A stretch of DNA of 64,000 nucleotides, taken from contig CAWJGT010000003.1 in assembly GCA_963842525.1 (NCBI GenBank), forward strand, positions 480,001 through 544,000, in the 5' to 3' direction. The stretch's first letter is position 1. Each line of letters begins with the position of its first letter. This document shows, piece after piece, positions 1 through 19,890 of this stretch. Origin of the DNA: an uncultured Holophagales bacterium (GTDB lineage: Bacteria; Acidobacteriota; Thermoanaerobaculia; Multivoradales; UBA5704). The notes below the pieces were generated by a model. That model worked only from the letters and a program-made list of their open reading frames with translations, searched no databases and was not told the DNA's origin. Made by a program: the position numbers and the translations under genes.

Positions 1-1
1 C

Positions 2-8857
<8,856 letters not shown>

Positions 8858-11581
8858 TCGTCACCCGCGACCGGCTGGCCGCGGCGCTGCCGCCGCATGG
8901 CGCTCATGTGCTGTCTCTCGATAGCGGCTGGCCCGAGCAGGAGAACGGGAGAGACCTCCCCACGGTCGGCCCCGACCACCTGTCCTACGTCATCTACACC
9001 TCCGGCTCGACGGGCCGGCCCAAGGGGGTCGCCCTGCCACACCGCACGCTGGCCAACCTGATCGCCTGGCAGATCGGCGCCTCGGCGGCTCCGGCCGGCA
9101 GGACCTTGCAGTTTGCCTCGCCGAGTTTCGATGTATCGGTCCAGGAGGTCTTTGCGACCTGGGCCGCGGGTGCCACCCTGGTGCTGGTGCCCGAGGAGGT
9201 CCGCAGCGATGCCGAGGCCCTGCTGCTCTGCCTGCGTGAGGCCCGCGTCGAGCGCCTGTTCCTGCCCTTCGTCGCCCTCCAGCAGCTCGCCGAAGCGGCA
9301 GTCGGGGAGGATAAAGGGCTGTCGCTGCGGGAGGTCGTCACAGCGGGCGAGCAGCTCCAGATCACCTCCGAGGTGCGGGCGCTGTTTTCGCGTCTGCCCG
9401 GCTGCGTGCTGCGCAACCAGTACGGGCCCTCCGAGACCCATGTGGTCACCGAGGCCTCGCTGTGGCCGGGCGCAGTGGAGGAGTGGCCAGCCCTGCCGCC
9501 CATAGGCCGGCCGATCGTCGCCACTGCGGTTCACCTGCTGGACCCGCGTGGCGCGCCGGTGCCGGTCGGCGTGCCAGGGGAGGTCCACCTCGGCGGCGCC
9601 GGTCTGGCGCGCGGCTACCTGGGGCGGCCGGAGCTGACCGCGGAGCGGTTCGTGCCCGATCTCTGGGGCCGGGGCGCCCGGCTGTATCGCACCGGGGATC
9701 TGGCGCGTCGGAGCTCGGACGGCGAGATCGAATTCCTCGGCCGCATCGACCACCAGGTCAAAATCCGTGGCTTCCGCGTCGAGCTGGGTGAGATCGAGGC
9801 CGCGCTGGCGACGCATCCGGCGGTGCGCGAGGCCGTGGTCGTGGCCCGGGGGCAAGGAGCTGCCAAACGCCTGGTGGCCTGCGTGCTGCCGGCGGAGGGT
9901 GTGCAGGAGCTGCGCGAGCCGCTGCGGGCGCACCTGCGGGAGCGACTGCCGGACTACATGGTGCCGGCGGCCTTCGTATCGGTGGAGCGGTTCCCGCTGA
10001 CGCCGAGCGGCAAGGTGGATCGGCGGCACCTGGCCTTGAGCGGTCCGGAGCCGCAGGAGACGACCGGCGCCGATGCAGCCCCGCGCACACCGGTGGAGGA
10101 GGTGCTGGCCGGCATCTTTGCCGAGGTGCTGGGTCTCTCATTCGTCGGAGCACGGGACGGCTTTTTCGACCTCGGTGGTCACTCGCTGCTGGCCACGCGC
10201 GTCATCTCCCGGGTACGCACCGCGTTCGGTGTCGAGCTGCCATTGCGTGCCCTGTTCGAGTCGCCGACCGTGGAGGGTCTTGCTCAGACTGTGGAGGCGG
10301 CCCTGCGGTCCGGGATGGCTCCGGTGCCGCCCATCGTACCGGTTGGGCGCGAGGTCGACCTGCCTCTGTCCTTCTCCCAGGAGCGGCTCTGGTTCCTGGA
10401 AGAGCTGGCCCCAGGGACCGGCGCCTACCACATCCCCCTCTTCCTGCGCCTGTCGGGACGGCTGGACCCGGGGAGGATGGAGGAGAGCCTGGGAGAGGTC
10501 GTCCGGCGCCACGAGGCGCTGCGGACCGCCTTCCCGAGCCGCGGCGGGAGGCCGGTCCAATCGGTCACCTCCTGGCCGGGCCCGCGCCTGTCGAGCGTCG
10601 ACCTCTCCAGCCTGGCCACTGTGCCGCGCCTGGCCACGGCGGCGCGCCTCGCCCGGGAGGAGGCGGTACGTCCCTTCGACCTGGAGCAGGGGCCGCTCCT
10701 GCGCGCGACTCTGCTGCGCCTGGGCCACGAGGAGCACGACCTGCTCGTGACCGTCCATCACATCGTCGCTGACGGCTGGTCTCTCGGCGTCCTGGGACGG
10801 GAGCTGTCGACTCTCTACGCCGCGGCCTGCACCGGGGGATCCACCTCGCCCCTGCCGCCGCTGCCGGTGCAGTACCCTGACTATTCTGTCTGGCAGCGGC
10901 AGTGGCTCGCTGGCGAGGTCCTGGAAGCCCAGCTCGACTGGTGGCGGGAGCAGTTGACCGGAGCGCCCGCTACGCTCGACCTGCCGACGGACCGGCCGCG
11001 GCCACCTGTCCCGAGCTTCCGCGGCGCGGTGGAGCCGTTCGCGCTGCCGGAGGATCTGGCCCGCGGTCTGCGAGCCCTGGCGCGCGGCGAGGGAGCCACC
11101 CTGTTCATGGTCCTTCTTACCGGGTTCGCCTCCCTGCTGCACCGCTACAGCGGCCAGGACGACGTGGTGATCGGCTCTCCACTGGCCAACCGGGGACGCC
11201 GGGAGATCGAGGGGTTGATCGGTCTCTTCCTGAACACGCTTCCGCTACGTATCCGTCTGCACGGTGAGCCATCCTTGCGTGAGCTCCTGGGCCGGGTGCG
11301 GGAGATGGCGTTGGAGGTCTATGCGCGCCAGGAGGCGCCCTTCGAGAAGCTGGTCGAGGCCCTGGTGCCCGGGCGCGATCTTTCCCGCAGCCCGGTGTTT
11401 CAGGTGATGCTCGTCCTGCAGGAGCCGGGCGAGGGGCTCCGTCTGCCGGGCTTGGAGCTGCACGTCTCTGGCTCCGCACGGCGGCACCGCCAAGCTCGAC
11501 CTGCTCCTCGGTCTCCGCGAGACTGGTCCTGCGATCACAGGCGCCGCCGAGTGGAGCACTGACCTGTTCGAAGCCTCTACG

Positions 11582-14440
11582 GTGCACCATCTGCTGGGCC
11601 ACCTGCGTATGCTGCTTGAGGAGGCGGTCGCCGATCCGGCGAGGCGGGTCTCCGAGCTGCCTCTGCTCTCGGCCGATGAGCGCCGGCAGATTCTCGTCGA
11701 GTGGAACGCCACGGCCGCTCCCTTCCCGCGCGAGCTGGGGCTGCACGAGCTGTTCGCGGCTCAGGCGGCGCGCACACCGGCGGCGATCGCGCTGGTCTGG
11801 GGCAGCGAGCGGCTGAGCTATCGCGAGCTCGACCTGCGGGCCGCGCGGCTCGCTCGGAAGCTGCTTCGTCTGGGCGTCGGGCCCGAGGTGTTGGTGGGGG
11901 TCTGCTCCGACCGGACGCCGGCTCTGGTGATCGCCCTGCTCGCGGTCCTCAAGGCCGGGGGTGCCTATCTGCCGCTCGATCCGGCCTACCCACGCGAGCG
12001 CCTGGCCTTCCTGCTCGCCGACTCCGGGACAACGGTCCTGCTCACCCGGGAGCACCTTCTCTCCGTGTTACCCGCCTATGGTGGCGAGGTGGTGCTGCTG
12101 GACGGAATCGACGAGGCGGAGACGCCCGAGCTGCTCCGCCGCGATCACGATCCCGAGCAGCTTGCCTACCTCATCTATACCTCGGGATCGACCGGGCTTC
12201 CGAAGGGGGTCGCGGTCCGTCATGCGAGCGCGGTGGCCCTGGTTGCCTGGGCTGCGGAGGCCTATGCGCCGGAAGAGCTCTCGGGCGTGCTCGGCGCGAC
12301 CTCCATCTGTTTCGACCTGTCGGTCTTCGAGATCTTCGTCCCGCTCTCCACCGGCGGTGCGGTGATCCTCGCCGACGACGTTCTGGCTCTGGCCGGATGG
12401 CCCGCCGCGGGAGAGGTGACCCTGGTCAACACCGTCCCCTCGGCCATGGCCGAGCTGGTGGGGGCCGGAGCCCTCCCGTCCTCGGTGCGGACGGTGAACC
12501 TGGCCGGAGAGCCGCTGCCGCGCGACCTGGCCGACCGGATTTACGAGCTGCCCTGGGTGCGCAGCGTCCACGACCTCTACGGCCCCTCCGAGGACACGAC
12601 CTACTCGACCGGCACGCTGGTGCCGCGGCACGCGGGCGCACCTTCCACCATCGGGCGGCCTCTCGCCAATACCCGGGTCTACCTGCTCGACGCTCGGCTC
12701 CAACCGATGCCAGTCCGGGTCCCCGGTGAGCTGTGGATCGGCGGCGCGGGGCTGGCCCGCGGATACCTGGGCCGTCCGGAGCTGACGGCGGACCGGTTCC
12801 GGCCCGATCTGTTCTCCGGCGAGCCGGGCGGGCGCCTCTACCGCACGGGCGACCTGGCGCGCTACCGAAGGGACGGCGAAATCGAGTTTCTGGGCCGGAT
12901 CGACCACCAGGTCAAGGTGCGCGGCTTCCGCATCGAGCTTGGTGAGATCGAGGCGGCCCTGACCGGGCACCCCGGCGTGCGTGAGGCCGCGGTGGTGGCC
13001 CGGGGCGAGGGAGCGGAGCGGCGCCTGGTGGCCCTTGTCGTGCCGGCGGACGCGGAGAGCGATCCGCGCGGCGCCTTGCGCGCCTACCTGCGCAGCCGTC
13101 TGCCCGAGCCGATGGTCCCGCAGACCTTCGTCCTGCTGCCGGCACTCCCCCTGACGCCAAACGGCAAAGTGGACCGCCGGGCCCTGGCCCAGAGCCCCGT
13201 GCCGGAGGAGGAGCGGAGCACCGCCGGAGAGGCGCCCCGTACGCCGGTGGAGGAGGTGCTGGCGGGGATCTGGGCCGAGGCGCTGGGCCGCACCGGCGTA
13301 GGCCTCCATGAAGGCTTCTTCGACCTCGGCGGGCATTCGCTGCTCGCCACGCGGGTCCTCTCGCGCATCCGGGAGGTCTTCCAGGTCGAGCTGCCGCTAC
13401 GCGCCCTGTTCGAAGCGCCGACAGTGGCGGGGCTGGCGCGGGCGGTCGAGGAAGCGGCGCGGGCCGGCGTTCTTGCAGCGCCGCCGATCGTCCGGGTGCC
13501 ACGCACCGCAGACCTGCCGCTCTCCTTCGCTCAGCAGCGACTCTGGTTCCTCTCGCGGCTCGAGCCGGAGAGCGCGGCCTACAACATTCCCGTCGCCGTG
13601 CGGCTGACCGGCTCGCTCGACCGGGTCGCGCTGGCCGCCTCCCTGGGCAGGATCGTGGCGCGGCACGAGGCCTTGCGCACCACCTTCGCCACCGTGGCCG
13701 GCAGCCCGGTGCAGCGGATCGCCCCGGCCGGAGGCCCCATGGCGCTGCCGCTGGTCAACCTGGGGGAGCTGCCGCGCCCTGAGGACGAGGCGCGCCGCCT
13801 GGCCGCGGAGGAGGCGCTGCGTCCCTTCGACCTGGAGCACGGTCCGCTGTTGCGCGGAGCTTCTGCTGCGGCTGGGCGCGGAGGAGCACGCCGCGCTTCT
13901 TTCCATGCACCACATCGTCTCGGACGGCTGGTCGAGCAGCGTGCTGATCCGCGAGCTGGGAGCCCTCTATCCGGCGATGTCCGTAGGCGGGGCCGGGCAG
14001 CCGTCCCCGCTGCCCGAGCTGCCGGTCCAGTACGCCGACTTCGCGGTCTGGCAGCGCGGCTGGCTGCAGGGCGAAGCCCTGGAGAGCCGCCTGCGGTACT
14101 GGCGGGAGCGCCTGGCGGGGGCTCCGCCTGTCCTGGAGTTGCCGGCCGACCGGCCGCGACCCGCCGTGGCCGGCGTGCGCGGCGGGCTGTGCCGGCGCGA
14201 GTTGGGCGCGGACCTGACGGCCCGTCTTCAGGCGTTCGGCCGCCGGCAGGGGACGACCCTGTTCATGACACTCCTCGCCGCCTTCAAGGCCCTGCTCGGC
14301 CGCTCCACGAGGCAGGAGGACCTGCTCGTCGGTACGCCGGTCGCGAACCGCAACCGGGCGGAGGTCGAGGATCTGATCGGGTTCTTCGTCAACACCCTCG
14401 TCCTGCGCACCGACCTCTCGGGAGATCCGACGTTCCTTGA
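11582..14440 (+). CDS. NRPS1 segment c: end of C, A(Ala)-T and start of C; true frame ~11461-13861
   Basis: A code DLFNNALTYK (canonical Ala; FDLSVFE, VNTVPS, VNLAGE, YGPSEDTTYS), T motif GGHSLLA, LSFAQQRLWF. Confidence 0.9.
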   Translation: MHHLLGHLRMLLEEAVADPARRVSELPLLSADERRQILVEWNATAAPFPRELGLHELFAAQAARTPAAIALVWGSERLSYRELDLRAARLARKLLRLGVGPEVLVGVCSDRTPALVIALLAVLKAGGAYLPLDPAYPRERLAFLLADSGTTVLLTREHLLSVLPAYGGEVVLLDGIDEAETPELLRRDHDPEQLAYLIYTSGSTGLPKGVAVRHASAVALVAWAAEAYAPEELSGVLGATSICFDLSVFEIFVPLSTGGAVILADDVLALAGWPAAGEVTLVNTVPSAMAELVGAGALPSSVRTVNLAGEPLPRDLADRIYELPWVRSVHDLYGPSEDTTYSTGTLVPRHAGAPSTIGRPLANTRVYLLDARLQPMPVRVPGELWIGGAGLARGYLGRPELTADRFRPDLFSGEPGGRLYRTGDLARYRRDGEIEFLGRIDHQVKVRGFRIELGEIEAALTGHPGVREAAVVARGEGAERRLVALVVPADAESDPRGALRAYLRSRLPEPMVPQTFVLLPALPLTPNGKVDRRALAQSPVPEEERSTAGEAPRTPVEEVLAGIWAEALGRTGVGLHEGFFDLGGHSLLATRVLSRIREVFQVELPLRALFEAPTVAGLARAVEEAARAGVLAAPPIVRVPRTADLPLSFAQQRLWFLSRLEPESAAYNIPVAVRLTGSLDRVALAASLGRIVARHEALRTTFATVAGSPVQRIAPAGGPMALPLVNLGELPRPEDEARRLAAEEALRPFDLEHGPLLRGASAAAGRGGARRASFHAPHRLGRLVEQRADPRAGSPLSGDVRRRGRAAVPAARAAGPVRRLRGLAARLAAGRSPGEPPAVLAGAPGGGSACPGVAGRPAATRRGRRARRAVPARVGRGPDGPSSGVRPPAGDDPVHDTPRRLQGPARPLHEAGGPARRYAGREPQPGGGRGSDRVLRQHPRPAHRPLGRSDVP

Positions 14441-17400
14441 GCTGGCCGGCCGTATCCGCAGCGAAGCGCTCGCTGCCTACGCGCACCAGGACCTGCCGTT
14501 CGAGAGGCTGGTCGAGGAGCTGTCCCCCGAGCGGAGCCTGGCATACACGCCCCTCTTCCAGGTCATGGTCGTGTTGCAGAACACCCCTGCCGGCGAGCTC
14601 GCGCTGCCCGGTCTCACTCTGGCGCCCCTTGATACGGCCGGCGGGGAGCGCTCCGCCAAGCACGACCTGACTCTGTTTCTCCAGCCGGCAGGGGAGACGC
14701 TCGACGCTGCGTCCGTCTTCCGTCGCGACCTGTTCGACCACCCCACCGTGGAGCGTCTGCTGGGTCACTTCACCAACTTCCTCAAGGCAGCCGTGGCCGA
14801 TCCGGAGAACTCCATCGGCGAGCTGCCTCTGCTCTCGGAGCCCGAAAGCGCGCAGCTCCTCCTGGAGTGGAACGACACCGGTGCGCCGCAGGCAAGGCTC
14901 TGTCTCCATGAGATTTTCGCAGCGCAGGCGGAGCGGACCCCCGCCGCGATCGCGGTGGAGATCGAGGAGGAGGCTCTGACCTATCGCGAGCTGGCGGAGA
15001 GAGCCGGCCGGCTGGCGGACCGTCTGCGCGCGCTCGGGGTCGGGCCGGATGTGCTGGCCGGCATCTGCCTCGAGCGGTCGTTCGACCTGGTGACCGCCCT
15101 GGTCGCTACACTGGCGGCCGGCGGTGCCTATCTGCCCCTCGATCCCGAATATCCACGCGAGCGGCTCGCGCTGCTGCTCGCGGACGCCAGGCCGGCGGTG
15201 GTCCTCACGCGCAGCGATCTGCGCCCTCTCTTCGGGGAGCCGCCATCCGGCGCGCCCTGCGTGCTCTGTGTCGACGAGGAGGGCCTCCCGGTCGCCGCAT
15301 CCCCGATCTCCGCGGTACAGCCCGCAAACCTGGCGTGCCTCCTCTACACCTCGGGATCGACGGGCCGGCCCAAGGGGGTGATGGCCACTCACGCGGGCAT
15401 GGTCAACCGCCTGCTCTGGGCGCAGCGGGTCTATCCCCTGGGCCCGCAGGACCGGGTGCTGCAGAGCGCTTCGTTCAGCTTCGACTTCGCGCTGTGGGAA
15501 ATCTTCGCTCCGTGGCTGGCCGGTGCCCGCGTGGTGCTCGCCCGGCCCGGCGGGCACCGCGACAGCGCCTACCTGGTGGACCTCATCGCGTCGCGCGGCA
15601 TCACGGTGGCGCACTTCATCCCCTCCATGCTGCGGGTCCTCCTGGAGGAGGAGGGTGTCGAGCGCTGCCGCTCGCTGCGCCTGGTCCTCTCGGGCGGCGA
15701 GCCCCTCTCCGTCGAGCTGCGGGAGCGGTTCTTCCGCCGTCTGGGCGCCGAGCTGCGCAACCAGTATGGCCCTACCGAGGCTTCCATCGACGTGAACCAC
15801 TGGCTCTGTCACCCCAGGGAGGGCTCGGGCGCGGTGCCCATCGGCCGCCCCGTCGACAATACGCGCATCCTCCTGCTGGACCGCGGGTTGCGTCCCGTGC
15901 CTGCCGGTGTTCCTGGCGAGCTCTGCATCGGCGGAGTCGCGCTCGCCCGCGGCTATCTGGGCCGTCCCGAGCTGACCGCCGAGCGGTTCGTGCCCGATCC
16001 CTGGTGCCCTGGCGAGCGCCTCTACCGGACGGGCGACGTGGCGCGCTACCGCTCCGATGGAGCCGTCGAATTCCTCGGCCGCCTCGATCATCAGGTCAAG
16101 ATCCGCGGCTTCCGGATCGAGCCGGGAGAGATCGAGGCTGTCCTGGAGTCGCTGGCCGGCGTGCGTGCGGCCGTTTTGGAGGTGCGGGGTGAGGGGCCGT
16201 CTCGACGTCTGGTGGCCTATGTTGTGCCGCAGGAGCCACCAACGGACCTGACACTCGCCGGGCTGCGCGCGGCTCTCCAGGGCCTCCTGCCGGAGTTCAT
16301 GGTCCCGTCCGCCTGGGTGCTGCTGCCCGAGCTGCCGCTCACCCCGAACGGCAAGCTGGACCGTCGTGCTTTGCCGGAGCCCGAGGCGCCGGCCGGCCGG
16401 GAGACCACGGACGCGGTGCCGCGGACGCCGGTCGAGGAGCTCATCGCCGGCATCTGGGCCGACCTCCTGGGCTACGCCCGAGTGGGGATCCACGATGACT
16501 TCTTCGACCTCGGCGGCCATTCGCTGCTGGCGACCCGGGTCGTGTCGCGCATCCGGGCCGCCTGCCGCGTCGAGCTGCCGTTGCGCACCCTGTTCGAGGC
16601 GCCGACCGTGGCCGGGCTCGCGGCGGCGGTGGAAGCCGCGGTGTGGACGGGCAAGACCGCCTCTCCACCCATCCTTCCGCGGCCCCAGAGCGGAGAGGCG
16701 CCGCTCTCCTTTGCCCAGCAGCGGCTCTGGTTCCTGGCGCAGCTCGAGCCGGAGAGCGCGGCCTATAACGTGCCCGCGGCCGTGCGGCTGACCGGCGCTC
16801 TCGACCGGGCCGCCCTTGCGGCCGCCCTCGGTGGGATCGTGGCACGCCACGAAGCGCTGCGGACTTCGTTCCCAACCGTAGCAGGGGAGCCGGTCCAGAA
16901 GGTCGCCCCGGCGGACGGTCCCTTCGAGCTGCCGCTGATCGACCTTGGCGCGCTGTCGGAGCCTGTGGCGGAGGCCCGCCGGTTGGTTGCGGCGGAGGCG
17001 CTGCGCCCGTTCGATGTGACGCGCGGGCCGCTCCTGCGCGGCGCGCTGCTGCGCCTGGAGGCCGCGGAGCACATCGCGCTGTTGTCCATGCACCACATCG
17101 TCTCGGACGCCTGGTCGAGCGGTGTGCTGATCCGCGAGCTGGCCGTCCTCTATGCCGCCTGCCGCGAAGGGCGTCCCTCACCGCTGCCGCCCCTGCCCGT
17201 GCAATACGCCGACTTCGCGGTCTGGCAGCGGAGCTGGATGCAGGGCGAGGCCCTGGAGTCGCTGCTCGCCTTCTGGCGCGAGCGGCTGGCCGGTGCGCCG
17301 GCCGTGCTGGAGCTGCCCGCGGACCGCCCGCGGCCGGCGATCCCCTCCGGCAGAGGTGGCCTGCGCACGGCCCGGATCGACGGCGGGCTCGCCGGCGCTC

Positions 17401-19890
17401 TCGCGCAGCTCGGCCGGCGCGAGGGGCTCACCCTCTTCATGACCCTGCTTGCGGCCTGGGATACGCTGCTCTTCCGGCTGTCCGGACAGACGGACCTGGT
17501 CGTCGGCTCTCCGATCGCCAACCGCAACCGGGTCGAGACCGAAGGGCTCATCGGCTTCTTCACCAACACCCTGGCCCTGCGCGCGCGGCTCGCGCCTGAG
17601 ATGGGCTTCCGGGAGCTGTCCGAGCGGGTGCGGGAGGAAGCTCTCCTGGCCTTCTCGCATCAGGACCTGCCGTTCGAGCGCCTGGTCGAGGAGCTGGCTC
17701 CGGAGCGGTCGCTCGCGCACACGCCGCTGTTCCAGGTGCTGTTCACCCTACAGAACGCGCCCACCGGCAAGCTTGCCCTCGCAGGCCTCACCCTGGCGCC
17801 CCTGGAGCCCGTGGGGCGGACGGCGAAGTTCGATCTCAGCCTCTTCCTGGCCGAGACGGGCAACGGGCTCTCTGCCATGCTCGAATTCGCCGCCGATCTG
17901 TTCGACGCGACCACGGCAAGCCGGATTCTGGAGCGCTTCCGGACGGTGCTCGAAGGGGTGGTGGAGGATCCGGAGGGCAGCCTGGCGGAGCTGCCGCTTC
18001 TGCCCGCGGCCGAGCGCCACCAGATCCTCGCCGAATGGAACGACGTTTCTGTCTGGGGTGGTTCCCCCTGCGTCCACCACCTCGTCGAGGCGCAGGCGCG
18101 GTGGACCCCGGAGGCGATCGCCGTCCTGGCTCCCGACGGCACAGAGCTCTCCTACGGAGACCTCGACCGGCGGGCGGACCGGCTGGCGCGCCGGCTGCGC
18201 GAGCTGGGCATGCGGCCGGACGACCGCGTCGGCGTCTGCCTGGAGCGGAGCTGGGAGGGGGTGGCGGCCCTGCTTGCCGTGCTCAAGGCCGGCGGCTGCT
18301 ATCTGCCGCTTGATCCCGCCTATCCCCAGGAGCGGCTGGCCTTCATGCTGGCCGACGCCGCCGCGCCGGTGATCGTCACCCGCGACCGGCTGGCCGCGGC
18401 GTTGCCGCCGCATGGCGCTCATGTGCTGTCTCTCGATAGCGGCTGGCCCGAGCAGGAGAACGGGAGAGACCTCCCCACGGTCGGCCCCGACCACCTGTCC
18501 TACGTCATCTACACCTCCGGCTCGACGGGCCGGCCCAAGGGGGTCGCCCTGCCACACCGCACGCTGGCCAACCTGATCGCCTGGCAGATCGGCGCCTCGG
18601 CGGCTCCGGCCGGCAGGACCTTGCAGTTTGCCTCGCCGAGCTTCGATGTATCGGTCCAGGAGGTCTTTGCGACCTGGGCCGCGGGTGCCACCCTGGTGCT
18701 GGTGCCCGAGGAGGTCCGCAGCGATGCCGAGGCCTTGCTGCGCCGCCTGCGTGAGGCCCGCGTCGAGCGCCTGTTCCTGCCCTTCGTCGCCCTCCAGCAG
18801 CTCGCCGAGGCCGCAGTCGGGGAGGATGAAGAGCTGTCGCTGCGGGAGGTCGTCACCGCGGGCGAGCAGCTCCAGATCACCCCCGAGGTGCGGGCGCTTT
18901 TCTCGCGCCTGCCCGGCTGCGTGCTGCGCAACCAGTACGGGCCGTCCGAGACCCATGTGGTCACCGAGGCCTCGCTGTGGCCGGGTGGTGTGGAGGAGTG
19001 GCCGGCGCTGCCTCCCATCGGCCGGCCGATCGCTGCCACCGCGGTCCACTTGCTGGACCCGCGCGGCCTGCCGGTGCCGGCCGGCGTGCCAGGGGAGGTC
19101 CACCTGGGCGGCGCCGGGTTGGCGCGCGGCTACCTGGGACAGCCGGAGCTGACCGCGGAGCGGTTCGTCCCCGATCCCTGGGGCCGGGGCGACCGGCTGT
19201 ACCGGACCGGGGACCTGGCGCGCCGGCGTCCGGACGGCGAGGTCGAGTTCCTCGGCCGTATCGATCACCAGGTGAAGATCCGCGGCTTCCGCGTCGAGTT
19301 GGGGGAGATCGAGGCCGCGCTGGCGACGCATCCGGCGGTGCGCGAGGCCGTGGTCGTGGTCCAAGGTCGAGGAGCGTCCAAGCGCCTGGTGGCTTGCATC
19401 CTGCCGGCGGAGGGTGTGCAGGAGCTGCGCGAGCCGCTGCGGGCACACCTGCGGGAGCGGCTGCCGGACTACATGGTGCCGTCGGCCTTCGTGGCAGTGG
19501 AGCGGTTTCCGCTGACGCCGAGCGGCAAGGTGGACCGGCGGGCCCTGGCCGCGAGCGGACCGGAGTTGCAAGAAGCGAACACTGCCGGCGCGGCTCCGCG
19601 CACCCCGGTGGAGGAGGTGCTGGCCGGCATCTTTGGCGAGGTGCTGAGGCTCGCCTCTGTAAGCGTACGAGACAACTTCTTCGATCTGGGCGGCCACTCG
19701 CTGCTGGCCACGCGAGTCGTCTCCCGGATACGCGCCGCCTTCGGCATCGAGCTGCCGTTGCGTGCCCTGTTCGAGACGCCGGCCGTGGAGGGGCTCGCCC
19801 GCACGGTCGAGGCCTCCCTGCGGTCCGGGGTGGCCCCGGCGCCTCCTATCGTCCCCGTGGGACGGGACGGCGATCTGCCGCTGTCCTTCG
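13351..19890 (+). repeat. Intragenic direct repeat, copy 2
   Basis: Matches 3840-10370; identity begins just after the T-domain GGHSLLA codons (cgggtcctctcgcgcatccgggaggtcttcc). Confidence 0.9.
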